Source: Desulfobacterales bacterium
Lineage (GTDB): Bacteria; Desulfobacterota; Desulfobacteria; Desulfobacterales; UBA5616
Length of the DNA: 64,000 bases
Assembly (NCBI GenBank): GCA_046483495.1
Contig: JAWODC010000082.1
Location: 1 to 64,000, forward strand
Reading direction: 5' to 3'
How positions within the stretch are numbered: position 1 is the stretch's first letter; every line of letters starts with the position of its first letter. The position numbers and the translations under genes were made by a program. Shown piece by piece: positions 1 to 8,515 of this stretch. The notes beneath the pieces are model-generated. The model did not search any database. It was not told the DNA's origin and was given only the letters and a program-made list of their open reading frames with translations.

Positions 1-103
1 CGTGGAACCATCTGCCTATCCAGTTCGTCTAACAGATGAAGGACCACTAAAAGCAGGCAATTGAACCGATTGATTGAGGAGGTGCTGGATGAGACACATC
101 TTG

Positions 104-202
104 ATGGTCGCACAGGAGGTCCCCGTGGGAGAACAGACCCGCATCGATGTTGTCTTAAGAGAGGATGTACAGGCACTGGAAGAGGTGGTGGTGATCGGCT
201 AC
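104..202 (+). other. Isolated fragment resembling the N-terminal region of a SusC/RagA TonB-dependent receptor
   Basis: Translates as MVAQEVPVGEQTRIDVVLREDVQALEEVVVIGY, the characteristic '..L.EVVVIGYG' segment of Bacteroidota SusC proteins; similarity ends at about 202 and no full gene is present. Confidence 0.6.
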
Positions 203-217
203 TCTTATTATTCTATT

Positions 218-811
218 TTATCCTCTTTTCATAACGATTCCGCACGCCGGGCACTCGCGTTCTACACAGGGAACGCCGCCTGCATGCGGCACGCTTAATC
301 CGCAACCTGGGCAAATACAATAGGCCGCCGCACCGGGCATTGCGAATTCATTCGTGGAAGCATTCCGTTGTATGCCTGCGCCGTATCTTTCCCCGCCCCG
401 ATGCCTTCTCGGTGTTCTCATCCTGTGTATCTCTCGATGATGAGCGGATATTCCTCTGTATCGCTGCCGTGACCGTCCACGGCACCCGGGCATGGCAAAA
501 ACGTCGCGCATCAAAATACCTTCGAGCCATGCCTGGATGATTTTCCGCAAACCGCCGGCAACGAACGGCACAACTCGAATGCCGTAAGCGGAAACATGTC
601 CGTGCAGCGACCTTGAAATTGCACCGCAAACCAGCACATCGATCTTGAGATCGACCAATCGAAGCACCTTCAAAACCGTCATCGCTTCAGGCAATTCTTC
701 TTCCACTTCTCCGATTACGGCACCACCGTTCGTTTCAACGATATGAATCCGACGTGCGGTGTCAAAAACCGGAGCGATTCGATTATTCCAGTGAGCAAAT
801 GCAATTTTCAT
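218..811 (-). CDS. NifB/NifX (FeMo-cofactor-binding / ORP-like) family protein with Gly/Arg-rich linker and C-terminal Cys-rich domain
   Basis: N-terminal MKIAFAHWNNRIAPVFDTA and DVLVCGAIS motifs; C-terminal CICPGCG...PC...CPACG. Confidence 0.8.
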   Translation of the reverse strand: MKIAFAHWNNRIAPVFDTARRIHIVETNGGAVIGEVEEELPEAMTVLKVLRLVDLKIDVLVCGAISRSLHGHVSAYGIRVVPFVAGGLRKIIQAWLEGILMRDVFAMPGCRGRSRQRYRGISAHHREIHRMRTPRRHRGGERYGAGIQRNASTNEFAMPGAAAYCICPGCGLSVPHAGGVPCVERECPACGIVMKRG

Positions 812-843
812 TATTTGTCCAGTACACTTTTACTCATGATTAC

Positions 844-860
844 AGCAAAAAAAGTGCCAA
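844..860 (-). promoter_or_regulatory. sigma54 (-24/-12) promoter of the NifB/NifX-family gene
   Basis: Minus strand reads TTGGCAC-TTTTT-TTGCT, matching consensus TGGCAC-N5-TTGC, about 30 bp upstream of the start codon. Confidence 0.85.
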
Positions 861-999
861 CCCATTATTTCATAAGCAATACCATTTCAAGCTATTGATA
901 TGATGAGGTATTATCTTATAAAAGATAGCAGCCAAAGAGGCATATGTGTAGCGTTTAAGCTACGGTTTGGCCCGTTTGGCAGGTTCAGATATGCAACGG

Positions 1000-2376
1000 T
1001 TATTCGTATCGAACAAAGCGGCCGTCTTTTTGGGGAAGGGGAATGCCGAGTTTTTTGATCCTTCGATAGAGGGTGGTTTTATGAATCCCAAGATCACGTG
1101 CAGCGGCAACCCGGTTATAGGCGTTTCGTTCAAGAGCGGAATGGATGGCCTGGGCATCGAGTATGTCATGGGCCGAACGGATATCGTCATGCACCGGATT
1201 TGCGCTGTACTCCGTCAACTCACTCGGCAGGTGGGCGATGCCGATATCGCCGCTCCCGCAAAGTATAAAGGCGCGTTCGATGACGTTTTCCAATTCTCGT
1301 ATGTTTCCCGGCCAATCATGCGCCATCAGCAGGGACAACGCCTCCGCGGAAACCCCTCTTACATTTTTCTGCTGCAGCCGATTGAACCGGCCGATGAATT
1401 CATCGGCCAAAAGCGGAATGTCCTCCTTCCTTTTACGAAGCGGCGGCAGTTCGAGTCGAACAACGTTCACCCGATAATAGAGATCCTCCCGAAAAAGCCC
1501 GCGGCGGACCTGTTCCGTCAGATCTTTGTGGGTTGCCGTGACGACGCGGACATCGGCGGTTTCATAACGTGTGGCGCCAAGCGGTTCGTAAACGCGGTCC
1601 TGAAGCACCCGCAAAAGCCTGACCTGAAGCGCCGGGCTGATCTCTCCGATTTCATCGAGAAAGATGGTTCCCCTCTCGGCAAGAGCGAAGCGGCCCGGCT
1701 TGTTTCTCTGGGCACCGGTGAATGCGCCGGCCTTGTAGCCGAACAATTCCGATTCCAGCAGCGTATCCGGCAGGGCTCCACAATTTACGGCGATAAAAGG
1801 TCCCGCGGCACGTGGACTGAGTGAATGAATGGTTCGGGCGATAAGATCTTTTCCTGTACCGGTCTCCCCGAGCAGAAGAACGGTGCTCGGGCTGGCGGCA
1901 ATGGCGGGCAAAATTTCGAACACGCGCTGCATCAACGGGCTTCGGCTGGTTAAATCACCGACCCTGATTTTGCCCTCTAATTCCTGCCGCAGGGCCTCGA
2001 CTTCGGAAAGGTCCCGAAACGTTTCAGCGCCGCCGATCACCCGTCCGTCGGCATCCCGCAGCACGGCTGTAGAGACACTGATGGGTATTCGATTCCCGTC
2101 CGCATCGATAATGTATCCGGATTTGCCGATAATGGGTCTGCCGGTTTTAAGCGTCTGCCCCAGGGGACAACCGGTTCCGCACATACTGGACCGAAACACC
2201 TCCGCACAATGCCGCCCGATCGCCTCCAGCCGGGGTACACCGGTTATTTCTTCGGCAGCACGGTTGAATGAGGTGATATGCCAATTTTCATTCACCGTAA
2301 AGACACCGTCCGAAATGCTCTCGAGGATGGCTTCCGTTGGGTTTTCGGGTAGTGAATCCGTTCGCTTGCTTTTCAT
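1000..2376 (-). CDS. PAS-domain sigma54-dependent transcriptional activator (OrpR-like), Fis-type HTH
   Basis: PAS with C-x8-C-x3-C (CAEVFRSSMCGTGC); Walker A GETGTGKD; GAFTGA; FLDEIGE; WPGNIREL; C-terminal HTH. Confidence 0.93.
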   Translation of the reverse strand: MKSKRTDSLPENPTEAILESISDGVFTVNENWHITSFNRAAEEITGVPRLEAIGRHCAEVFRSSMCGTGCPLGQTLKTGRPIIGKSGYIIDADGNRIPISVSTAVLRDADGRVIGGAETFRDLSEVEALRQELEGKIRVGDLTSRSPLMQRVFEILPAIAASPSTVLLLGETGTGKDLIARTIHSLSPRAAGPFIAVNCGALPDTLLESELFGYKAGAFTGAQRNKPGRFALAERGTIFLDEIGEISPALQVRLLRVLQDRVYEPLGATRYETADVRVVTATHKDLTEQVRRGLFREDLYYRVNVVRLELPPLRKRKEDIPLLADEFIGRFNRLQQKNVRGVSAEALSLLMAHDWPGNIRELENVIERAFILCGSGDIGIAHLPSELTEYSANPVHDDIRSAHDILDAQAIHSALERNAYNRVAAARDLGIHKTTLYRRIKKLGIPLPQKDGRFVRYE

Positions 2377-2409
2377 AGGCGATTTGTGCGGGGGCCGCCG
2401 TTTATTGTC

Positions 2410-3063
2410 TTAAAGCCGCTCGATGATGATTTCCGCCGCGATTCGTGCACCGAAACCGGGTGCCGCCGGGCATTTTTCACGGGCACCGGATGCATTGAAT
2501 GCGGTCAGTTCTTCAAGACCGGCAAACGGGTCATAAGCCTTTCCCAATAGTTGTTTTTGAATTTCCGTACATAACGTGCTTTCGAACACCTCTTCAAACC
2601 GTTCAATGAAGTCTCTTGCGGCAAAATAGGCGCGCGGGTTTTCATAATCGGCCGGATCTTCATCCGAAAAAAACAGTCCAAGGGCGATTAACCCGCCGGC
2701 AACCGGTCCGCAGATGCCGCCGGTCATGGCAAGTCCGGGGAACGGCCCCAACGCCTTAATAATTCCCATGCTGCCCATACCGAATTCTTCCAGCAAAGCC
2801 AGACAGGACCCTTTGGCGCAGCTGCGCGTGAGATAGCAGTATTCTTCCGCTCTTTCCTGAACGCGATCCAAAATTTTCTTCTTTTCGCGTACGGCTTCTT
2901 CTCGACGGACCTGCTTCTTCGAGATTCCGTTTTCTGCAAGATGCTTAAATCGTTTCTCGATTGCCGGCAGATCCCAATGACGGTTTGCCAGCATTTCGGT
3001 TCTTGCCCTGAGTTCCGGGTGCAATGTCATGATAAACGGCCTCCTCACGGGGTTGGTTTCCAT
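2410..3063 (-). CDS. C_GCAxxG_C_C family putative redox-active protein (start may be ATG at 3030)
   Basis: Cys pattern SCAKG...GGICGPVAGG...STLCTEI...KCP. Confidence 0.75.
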   Translation of the reverse strand: METNPVRRPFIMTLHPELRARTEMLANRHWDLPAIEKRFKHLAENGISKKQVRREEAVREKKKILDRVQERAEEYCYLTRSCAKGSCLALLEEFGMGSMGIIKALGPFPGLAMTGGICGPVAGGLIALGLFFSDEDPADYENPRAYFAARDFIERFEEVFESTLCTEIQKQLLGKAYDPFAGLEELTAFNASGAREKCPAAPGFGARIAAEIIIERL

Positions 3064-3146
3064 CCGGAAACGGCTGATTCACTCCGGTTTCTATGTATAT
3101 AAAAACAATAGGTCAAATGTCAATCACGCCCGGGGTTTCGGTTGGC

Positions 3147-3315
3147 GCTGAAGGCTCAAAGCTGAAGGTTAAACTTAAACTCCGCACCCGTCACTATCCA
3201 ATCGGGATCGGGATCGGGATCGGAAGCGAAAATCGAACAGAAAAAAATTCGATGCCAATACCGATTTCGATACCGATTTCGATTTCGATAAATCGATTCA
3301 CGATTCACCATTCAA
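3147..3315. repeat. Intergenic short-unit repeat patch forming an imperfect inverted repeat
   Basis: (ATCGGG)3-ATCGGA at 3201-3224 faces TCGAT/CCGAT hexamer units at about 3248-3289; GCTGAAGG twice at 3147-3168; CGATTCA/CCATTCA heptamers at 3294-3315. Confidence 0.75.
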
Positions 3316-3446
3316 AGTTGTAAATCTACGACGCTCATATGCGATACAGTTGCAATTATGCAACGCCTTACAGCATTGCACATCGCCGCTTCGGACAAGG
3401 CCTTGTATTCGGTGCTGATTTTTTCAACCCCTTGATGGTCGCGTCA

Positions 3447-3462
3447 TGGCATACAATTTGCT
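3447..3462 (+). promoter_or_regulatory. sigma54 (-24/-12) promoter of the DUF169-CoaE operon
   Basis: TGGCAT-ACAAT-TTGCT with GG and GC correctly spaced, about 95 bp upstream of the GTG start. Confidence 0.8.
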
Positions 3463-3557
3463 TAGTATCTATGTCTTGTCTTTTATTGAATCTCATGATT
3501 TATATCTCGTGATATAAAAAAGTATCCTCAATTCATCCTTAACGAAAGGAAATCGCC

Positions 3558-4994
3558 GTGAATACCACTCGAGACTGGGAAAAACCGATTCGAAGGCTGG
3601 AGTTGCTCATGCGGCTCAAATCATTTCCGATCGCCTTCAAACTTCTGGAAGACAAAACATTGCTCTCCGAGATACCCTTTTTGCGCCGATTGACGCACAA
3701 AGCAACCCTGTGCCAGATGACAAATCTGGTCAGGCATTTTGATTGGACGGTTGGTGCGGATGCGGACGATTTCATGTCTGTCATGTGCCCTTCCATCATC
3801 GGACTCGCGGAAATACCGGAATTTATGAAAGACGGCACGTTCAGAAGCATTGTTTGGACCAAAAGCCGGGCTGACGGCAGAAAATATGAAAACGGCATAC
3901 CACGCCTTCCCCTGAATCAATACGAGGCGGTCGCAATGGCGCCATTGGTCTACAACCCGTTCGATCCGGATATCATCTTGATATATGCCAACCCCGCCCA
4001 GATGATGCTCTTGATCAATGCCATCCAATTTGAGGATTACGAGGTAATGCAGTTCTTCTGCGTGGGGGAGTCATCCTGCGCCGACGCGATAGCCCGGTGC
4101 TATCTTAACGGCAAACCGTCACTGACCATCCCCTGTTACGGCGAACGGCGGTACGGCCACGCCCAGGATGATGAGTTGGTAATGGCGATTCCAGCCGGCC
4201 ACATGGATAAAATCCTGAGCGGCATGGAGGCGCTCTACAGGCGCGGAATTCGCTATCCCATCAGCTACGCCGGTGCTGAATCGGATATTACCGGAGAATT
4301 CCCACAGGCATACCAGGCCCAGGACATGGTATCGGGAACACGTGGAAAATCCGGCAGGTTGCTGCTCGGTGTGACAGGTGGAATCGGAACCGGCAAATCG
4401 ACGGTGGCAACCATCCTGGAAGAATTGGGGGCACCTATTATCGATTTCGATGTTTTGAGCAGAATCGTCGTCGAGCCGGATCAACCCGCCTATCACGATA
4501 TCGTCAATTATTTCGGAAAACAGGTGTTGGCGGAAGACAAGACCCTGGACCGGGAGAAACTCAGAAACATCGTGTTCAAGGACATGGAAAAACGCAAAAA
4601 GCTGGAAGGTTTTATTCATCCCCGGATCGGAGAAAAGTTTGTCGAATTGATTGAAAAACATACCGCCGAAAATGAGGATGCCATCATCCAGGTCGTGATT
4701 CCGCTGTTGATTGAAACCCACATGCAGGCGTATTTCGACAATCTCCTGATGGTATACACCCCGGAAGAGGTGCAGCTCGAGCGCCTGATGAAAAGGGACA
4801 ATATCGATCATGACCTCGCCCTGAGCATTATCCGTTCTCAGATACCGGTTGAAGAGAAAAAAGGCTACTGTGATCTGATCGTGGACAACTCCGGGACGAT
4901 TGAAGAGACCCGCCGCCAGGTAGAGGCGGTATGGCAGCAGCTGAAAGACATTCAAAAAGCACGAAAGGAAAGGATAGAAAAGGAGACACCATGA
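3558..4994 (+). CDS. coaE: DUF169 domain fused to dephospho-CoA kinase
   Basis: N-half has DUF169-type motifs (TLCQM, SCADA, PCYGERRYG); C-half has GVTGGIGTGKSTV P-loop, LDREKLRNIVF, LEGFIHP, IPLLIE, IVDNSG; one open frame. Confidence 0.85.
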   Translation: MNTTRDWEKPIRRLELLMRLKSFPIAFKLLEDKTLLSEIPFLRRLTHKATLCQMTNLVRHFDWTVGADADDFMSVMCPSIIGLAEIPEFMKDGTFRSIVWTKSRADGRKYENGIPRLPLNQYEAVAMAPLVYNPFDPDIILIYANPAQMMLLINAIQFEDYEVMQFFCVGESSCADAIARCYLNGKPSLTIPCYGERRYGHAQDDELVMAIPAGHMDKILSGMEALYRRGIRYPISYAGAESDITGEFPQAYQAQDMVSGTRGKSGRLLLGVTGGIGTGKSTVATILEELGAPIIDFDVLSRIVVEPDQPAYHDIVNYFGKQVLAEDKTLDREKLRNIVFKDMEKRKKLEGFIHPRIGEKFVELIEKHTAENEDAIIQVVIPLLIETHMQAYFDNLLMVYTPEEVQLERLMKRDNIDHDLALSIIRSQIPVEEKKGYCDLIVDNSGTIEETRRQVEAVWQQLKDIQKARKERIEKETP

Positions 4995-5482
4995 CATTAA
5001 AATTCTTGCGGAACAAAGTAGTGGAGGTCGAACCCCGCCCCGAAGGCGACCTGTCGGTTTCCTGGCGGCTTACCGATGATGTGTTCAAAATCAACGTGGG
5101 GCTGATCGTTCAACCCCCTGACCTGGAAATCACAGATGCCGCCGTTACGTTTGAACGATACGTACCGCCGAGATACCGAAGTGCCGCCGAGGACATCAAA
5201 AAAATCGAAGGGGTCGCTATTGGTTCCGGTTTGCGTAAGATAACGGCAGGAATTCTGGGGGGCGACGACGGAAAATCCATTTTGGTGGATGCCGTATTGG
5301 AATGCTGCAATGCGGTTATTCTTTATTTTACGCGTCCGGGCATTGAAATGGGTGAGAGCGTCACCGATCCGGATGAAAAGCTCGCCGGACTTCGTGAAAT
5401 GATTAAATCCAATCCTAGGCTGATCAGAAGCTGCATCGCCTTTCAGGATGACAGCCCCATTATGCAGGGGATAGACTTATAA
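4991..5482 (+). CDS. DUF2889-like protein
   Basis: ATG at 4991 after GGAG, ATGA overlap with upstream stop; pattern L.D.V..I.......PDLEI..A, GSGLRK, SCIAF. Confidence 0.6.
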   Translation: MTLKFLRNKVVEVEPRPEGDLSVSWRLTDDVFKINVGLIVQPPDLEITDAAVTFERYVPPRYRSAAEDIKKIEGVAIGSGLRKITAGILGGDDGKSILVDAVLECCNAVILYFTRPGIEMGESVTDPDEKLAGLREMIKSNPRLIRSCIAFQDDSPIMQGIDL

Positions 5483-5493
5483 GGAGGAACAGA

Positions 5494-5910
5494 ATGATTG
5501 GATTCCAAAGAAGTCAGATAATCGGCGCGGAATTTCTCGATGACGATACCATTCGGTTCAACGGCATCCAGGAAGACCACATTTACGGTATGGAAATAAG
5601 CATGGATGTCTGTATTTCCGACGGAGGCATTTTACGCATAGAGGGGAACATGAAGCGCTACACCAATTTTGTCTGTCCTCAAGCGGTGCCGATTTTACAA
5701 ACCGCGGTCGGGCTGTCCCTGAGGGAGCCGGGTTGGGATAAACAGGTCATGCGTGAAATCGGCCGCAAGGGCTGCGAACACTTTGCCGAAATTGTTATCG
5801 AATGCGGCCGGTGCCTGGACCAGGCCGTTCTTTCCAGGGAGCTTTATCTCGCTGCAAAGGAAGATCCGAGTCTGGATCAAAAGGCATTCCTCGATGAACG
5901 AATGGCATAA
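5494..5910 (+). CDS. DUF2889-like protein
   Basis: AGGAGG RBS; EDHIYGM, CPQA, GRKGCEHF motifs. Confidence 0.65.
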   Translation: MIGFQRSQIIGAEFLDDDTIRFNGIQEDHIYGMEISMDVCISDGGILRIEGNMKRYTNFVCPQAVPILQTAVGLSLREPGWDKQVMREIGRKGCEHFAEIVIECGRCLDQAVLSRELYLAAKEDPSLDQKAFLDERMA

Positions 5911-5990
5911 AGGCGGAAGCGCTCAAGAAGATAGATGTTTCCGCGAAGGACGAGTTAAACCTGATTTCAGATGAGTGGAGGAGTTTAAAC

Positions 5991-6863
5991 ATGCGTGTTA
6001 CCCGTTTGTACGAGGGCGGACAGCCCGTCATTTCAATGGAGTTTTTTCCGCCGAGAACCGAAAAAGCCGCCGAATCGTTCGGCGACGTCATCGACAAGTT
6101 GGCCGAAAACAAGCCGGATTACATGACCGTAACTTTCGGCGCCGGCGGGTCGACACGGGACGGATCCTACCAAACCGTAAAGCATATCGTCGACAAACAT
6201 CTGCCCACCGTTGCCTACATCGCCGGATACGGTCTGGGGCCGGATGACATCCGGGAAGTTCTCGACAGTTACACGGAACTGGGCATTAAGACCATTTTCG
6301 CGATTCGCGGCGATAAACCGAAGGATGACGATTTCGTTCCCCACCCGGACAGCTTCGAACATGCCTCGGATTTGATCGCCTTCATCAAACGACACTACGA
6401 TTTTACCGTTGGCTGCGCCGGATATCCCGAGGGGCATCTGGAAGCCGAAAGCCTTCAAAACGATATGGCCTATGTCAAACAAAAAATAGACAATGGTGCC
6501 GAATACGTGGTGTCGCAGTATTTCTATGATAATGATTTTTTCTTCACGTACGTGGAGGGCCTTCGCAAGCTGGGGGTTACCGTACCCGTGATTCCCGGCA
6601 TCATGCCGGTTTATACGGTCAAAATGACTCGAATGCTGGCGAAGGTATGCGGGGCCACCCTGACCGAAGCATTGAACGAAGGTCTTGCGGCTATCGATAC
6701 CGAAGATTCGAATGCCGTTCTGGATTTCGGTATCGATACGGCCGTCCGTCAGTGCCGCGGATTATTGAAAGAAGGGGTCCCGGGGCTTCATTTTTACACC
6801 ATGAATCGAAGCAGATCCACCACGCAAATCATTCACCGGCTGAAGCGGGAAAATCTTCTTTAG
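5991..6863 (+). CDS. metF: 5,10-methylenetetrahydrofolate reductase
   Basis: SMEFFPPR, VTFGAGGS, IRGD, AGYPEGH, SQYFYD, PGIMP, GLHFYTMN. Confidence 0.95.
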   Translation: MRVTRLYEGGQPVISMEFFPPRTEKAAESFGDVIDKLAENKPDYMTVTFGAGGSTRDGSYQTVKHIVDKHLPTVAYIAGYGLGPDDIREVLDSYTELGIKTIFAIRGDKPKDDDFVPHPDSFEHASDLIAFIKRHYDFTVGCAGYPEGHLEAESLQNDMAYVKQKIDNGAEYVVSQYFYDNDFFFTYVEGLRKLGVTVPVIPGIMPVYTVKMTRMLAKVCGATLTEALNEGLAAIDTEDSNAVLDFGIDTAVRQCRGLLKEGVPGLHFYTMNRSRSTTQIIHRLKRENLL

Positions 6864-6948
6864 ACCGCATTGACAAGTTCCCGCGCTCTGGACGGGAGGA
6901 GTGCTGCTTTTCATGAAAGTGCTATGGGCTGTAAGCTCGGTCGGCAAA

Positions 6949-6972
6949 GGCCATGTCACCCGCGACATGGCC
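6949..6972. terminator. Hairpin between convergent genes (putative bidirectional terminator)
   Basis: GGCCATGTC-N6-GACATGGCC perfect 9-bp stem. Confidence 0.55.
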
Positions 6973-6982
6973 CCTTTCCGTT

Positions 6983-8206
6983 TTAGAGGATGACCGCCTT
7001 TTCCTTCAGCGCCTCGATCTCCTCCCAGGAATAGCCGCCCAAGTCCATCAGCACCTCTTCGGTATTTTGCCCCAGTGCCGGGGCTTCACATCGAACACTG
7101 CCCGGCGTTTCGCTCAAGTGAATAGGAACGCCAAGCACTTTTGACGGCCCGAAAACTTCGTGTTGCGTTTCGATAATATAATTATTGGCCTTTACTTGGG
7201 GATCGTTTTCCAGGTCGTAGGGGGTCTGAATCGGCGTACAGATGATATCACCGGTTTTTTTCAAAACCGATGTCCATTCCCGTGCGGTCTTCGTTTGAAA
7301 GATGCTATCCAGAATGGCAATAAGCTCGGCGGAATTGTCCATTCGGGTTTGAATACCGTCGAATTTCGGATCTTTTTCCAGGTGCGAAATGCCCAGTGCT
7401 TTGCACAAGACAGGCCATTTTTCATCGGGCACCAGCATGCCGAGCATGATCCAGGTGCCGTTCTTGCATGGATAATGATTCCAAAGAGGATTTCTGGCCT
7501 TCTCCCGGTCTGTCTTGAAGTAGGCCGTCAGGTCTTGTTTGTGGTAAAGCTGCATGCCGATGGTAAGCCCTTGAAGAGCCATCATGCTTCCAAGGTGGGA
7601 TACATCCACCTGCTGACCGACCCCGAGTCTTTCCCGGGCCACAATTGCTGCGAGGATCCCGTAGGCCGTCATGATTCCCCCCATCTGGTCTGCAATAGCA
7701 CCGCCAATGGTCAGCGGAGGTGTTTCGTTTCCCCCGAGCATGGTCATAATGCCGCACCTGGCCAGACCGATCATATCGAAAGCAGGTTCCACGGATTCGG
7801 GTCCTCTCGGTCCGTATCCGGATGCCGCCGCATAGATCAGTTTCGGGTTGTACTCTTTTAATGTGGTGTAATCCAGGTGAAGATTTTCAGGAACCCCCTG
7901 CCGAAAATTATGGACAAATACATCCGACATTTTCACCAAGCGGTAAATGATATCCCTGCCCTCTTCTTTCATCAGGTCGACGGCAATGCTTTCTTTACCC
8001 CGGTTGTTTACCTCGAAATAAGCGCCCCGCTCTTCGGGCAACTCCGCCACGCCCGGAAATTTAAGATATCGGCCGCTATCGCCGGTTTCCTTGTTTTCGA
8101 TGTGAATGACTCTGGCTCCCAAATCGGCCAGCATCGCAGACGCCCAGGGGCCCATTTGCCACTGGGTCCAATCCAGTACGATAATTCCTTCCAATGGTGC
8201 GGTCAT
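6983..8206 (-). CDS. Family III CoA-transferase (CaiB/BaiF)
   Basis: PLEGIIVLD, LADLGARVIHIE, NRGKESI, HNFRQG, SGYG..GP, AFDM, APALGQNT; GGAGG RBS before ATG at 8206. Confidence 0.93.
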   Translation of the reverse strand: MTAPLEGIIVLDWTQWQMGPWASAMLADLGARVIHIENKETGDSGRYLKFPGVAELPEERGAYFEVNNRGKESIAVDLMKEEGRDIIYRLVKMSDVFVHNFRQGVPENLHLDYTTLKEYNPKLIYAAASGYGPRGPESVEPAFDMIGLARCGIMTMLGGNETPPLTIGGAIADQMGGIMTAYGILAAIVARERLGVGQQVDVSHLGSMMALQGLTIGMQLYHKQDLTAYFKTDREKARNPLWNHYPCKNGTWIMLGMLVPDEKWPVLCKALGISHLEKDPKFDGIQTRMDNSAELIAILDSIFQTKTAREWTSVLKKTGDIICTPIQTPYDLENDPQVKANNYIIETQHEVFGPSKVLGVPIHLSETPGSVRCEAPALGQNTEEVLMDLGGYSWEEIEALKEKAVIL

Positions 8207-8515
8207 GGGCCATTTCCTCCCTCTAAAATATCGATCATCGATGTTCTTGAACAAGTACCTTTATCACCCCTTATCCCATGCCTAAAAAAAATTAAAGGGA
8301 AATCCTTCCGGCGCCGTACCCTTCAGGAAAGTGAATGATGTCGAGATCGCAACAAGACAGCTCTTCCGTTTTCAGAGGAAGGAATCCCAAAAACCGACAA
8401 ATTCATTTGAAAACGGCCCGTTTATACTATATGTTACACAATAACTATACTACCCGTGCTATTGTCGGCGATGCGTCGAATTGCAACAGCTCTGAATGCT
8501 CAAGGAGAATCACCA

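Noticed and set aside
218..811. Nitrogen fixation locus
   Set aside because: NifB/NifX-fold proteins are common in non-diazotrophic anaerobes and no nifHDK genes are in the window
967..1824. 285-aa plus-strand ORF
   Set aside because: Antisense shadow of the sigma54 activator; no motifs of its own
3201..3315. Possible CRISPR array
   Set aside because: Units are 6-7 bp with no unique spacers, and no cas genes are present
4119..4997. 292-aa minus-strand ORF
   Set aside because: Antisense shadow of the DUF169-CoaE gene
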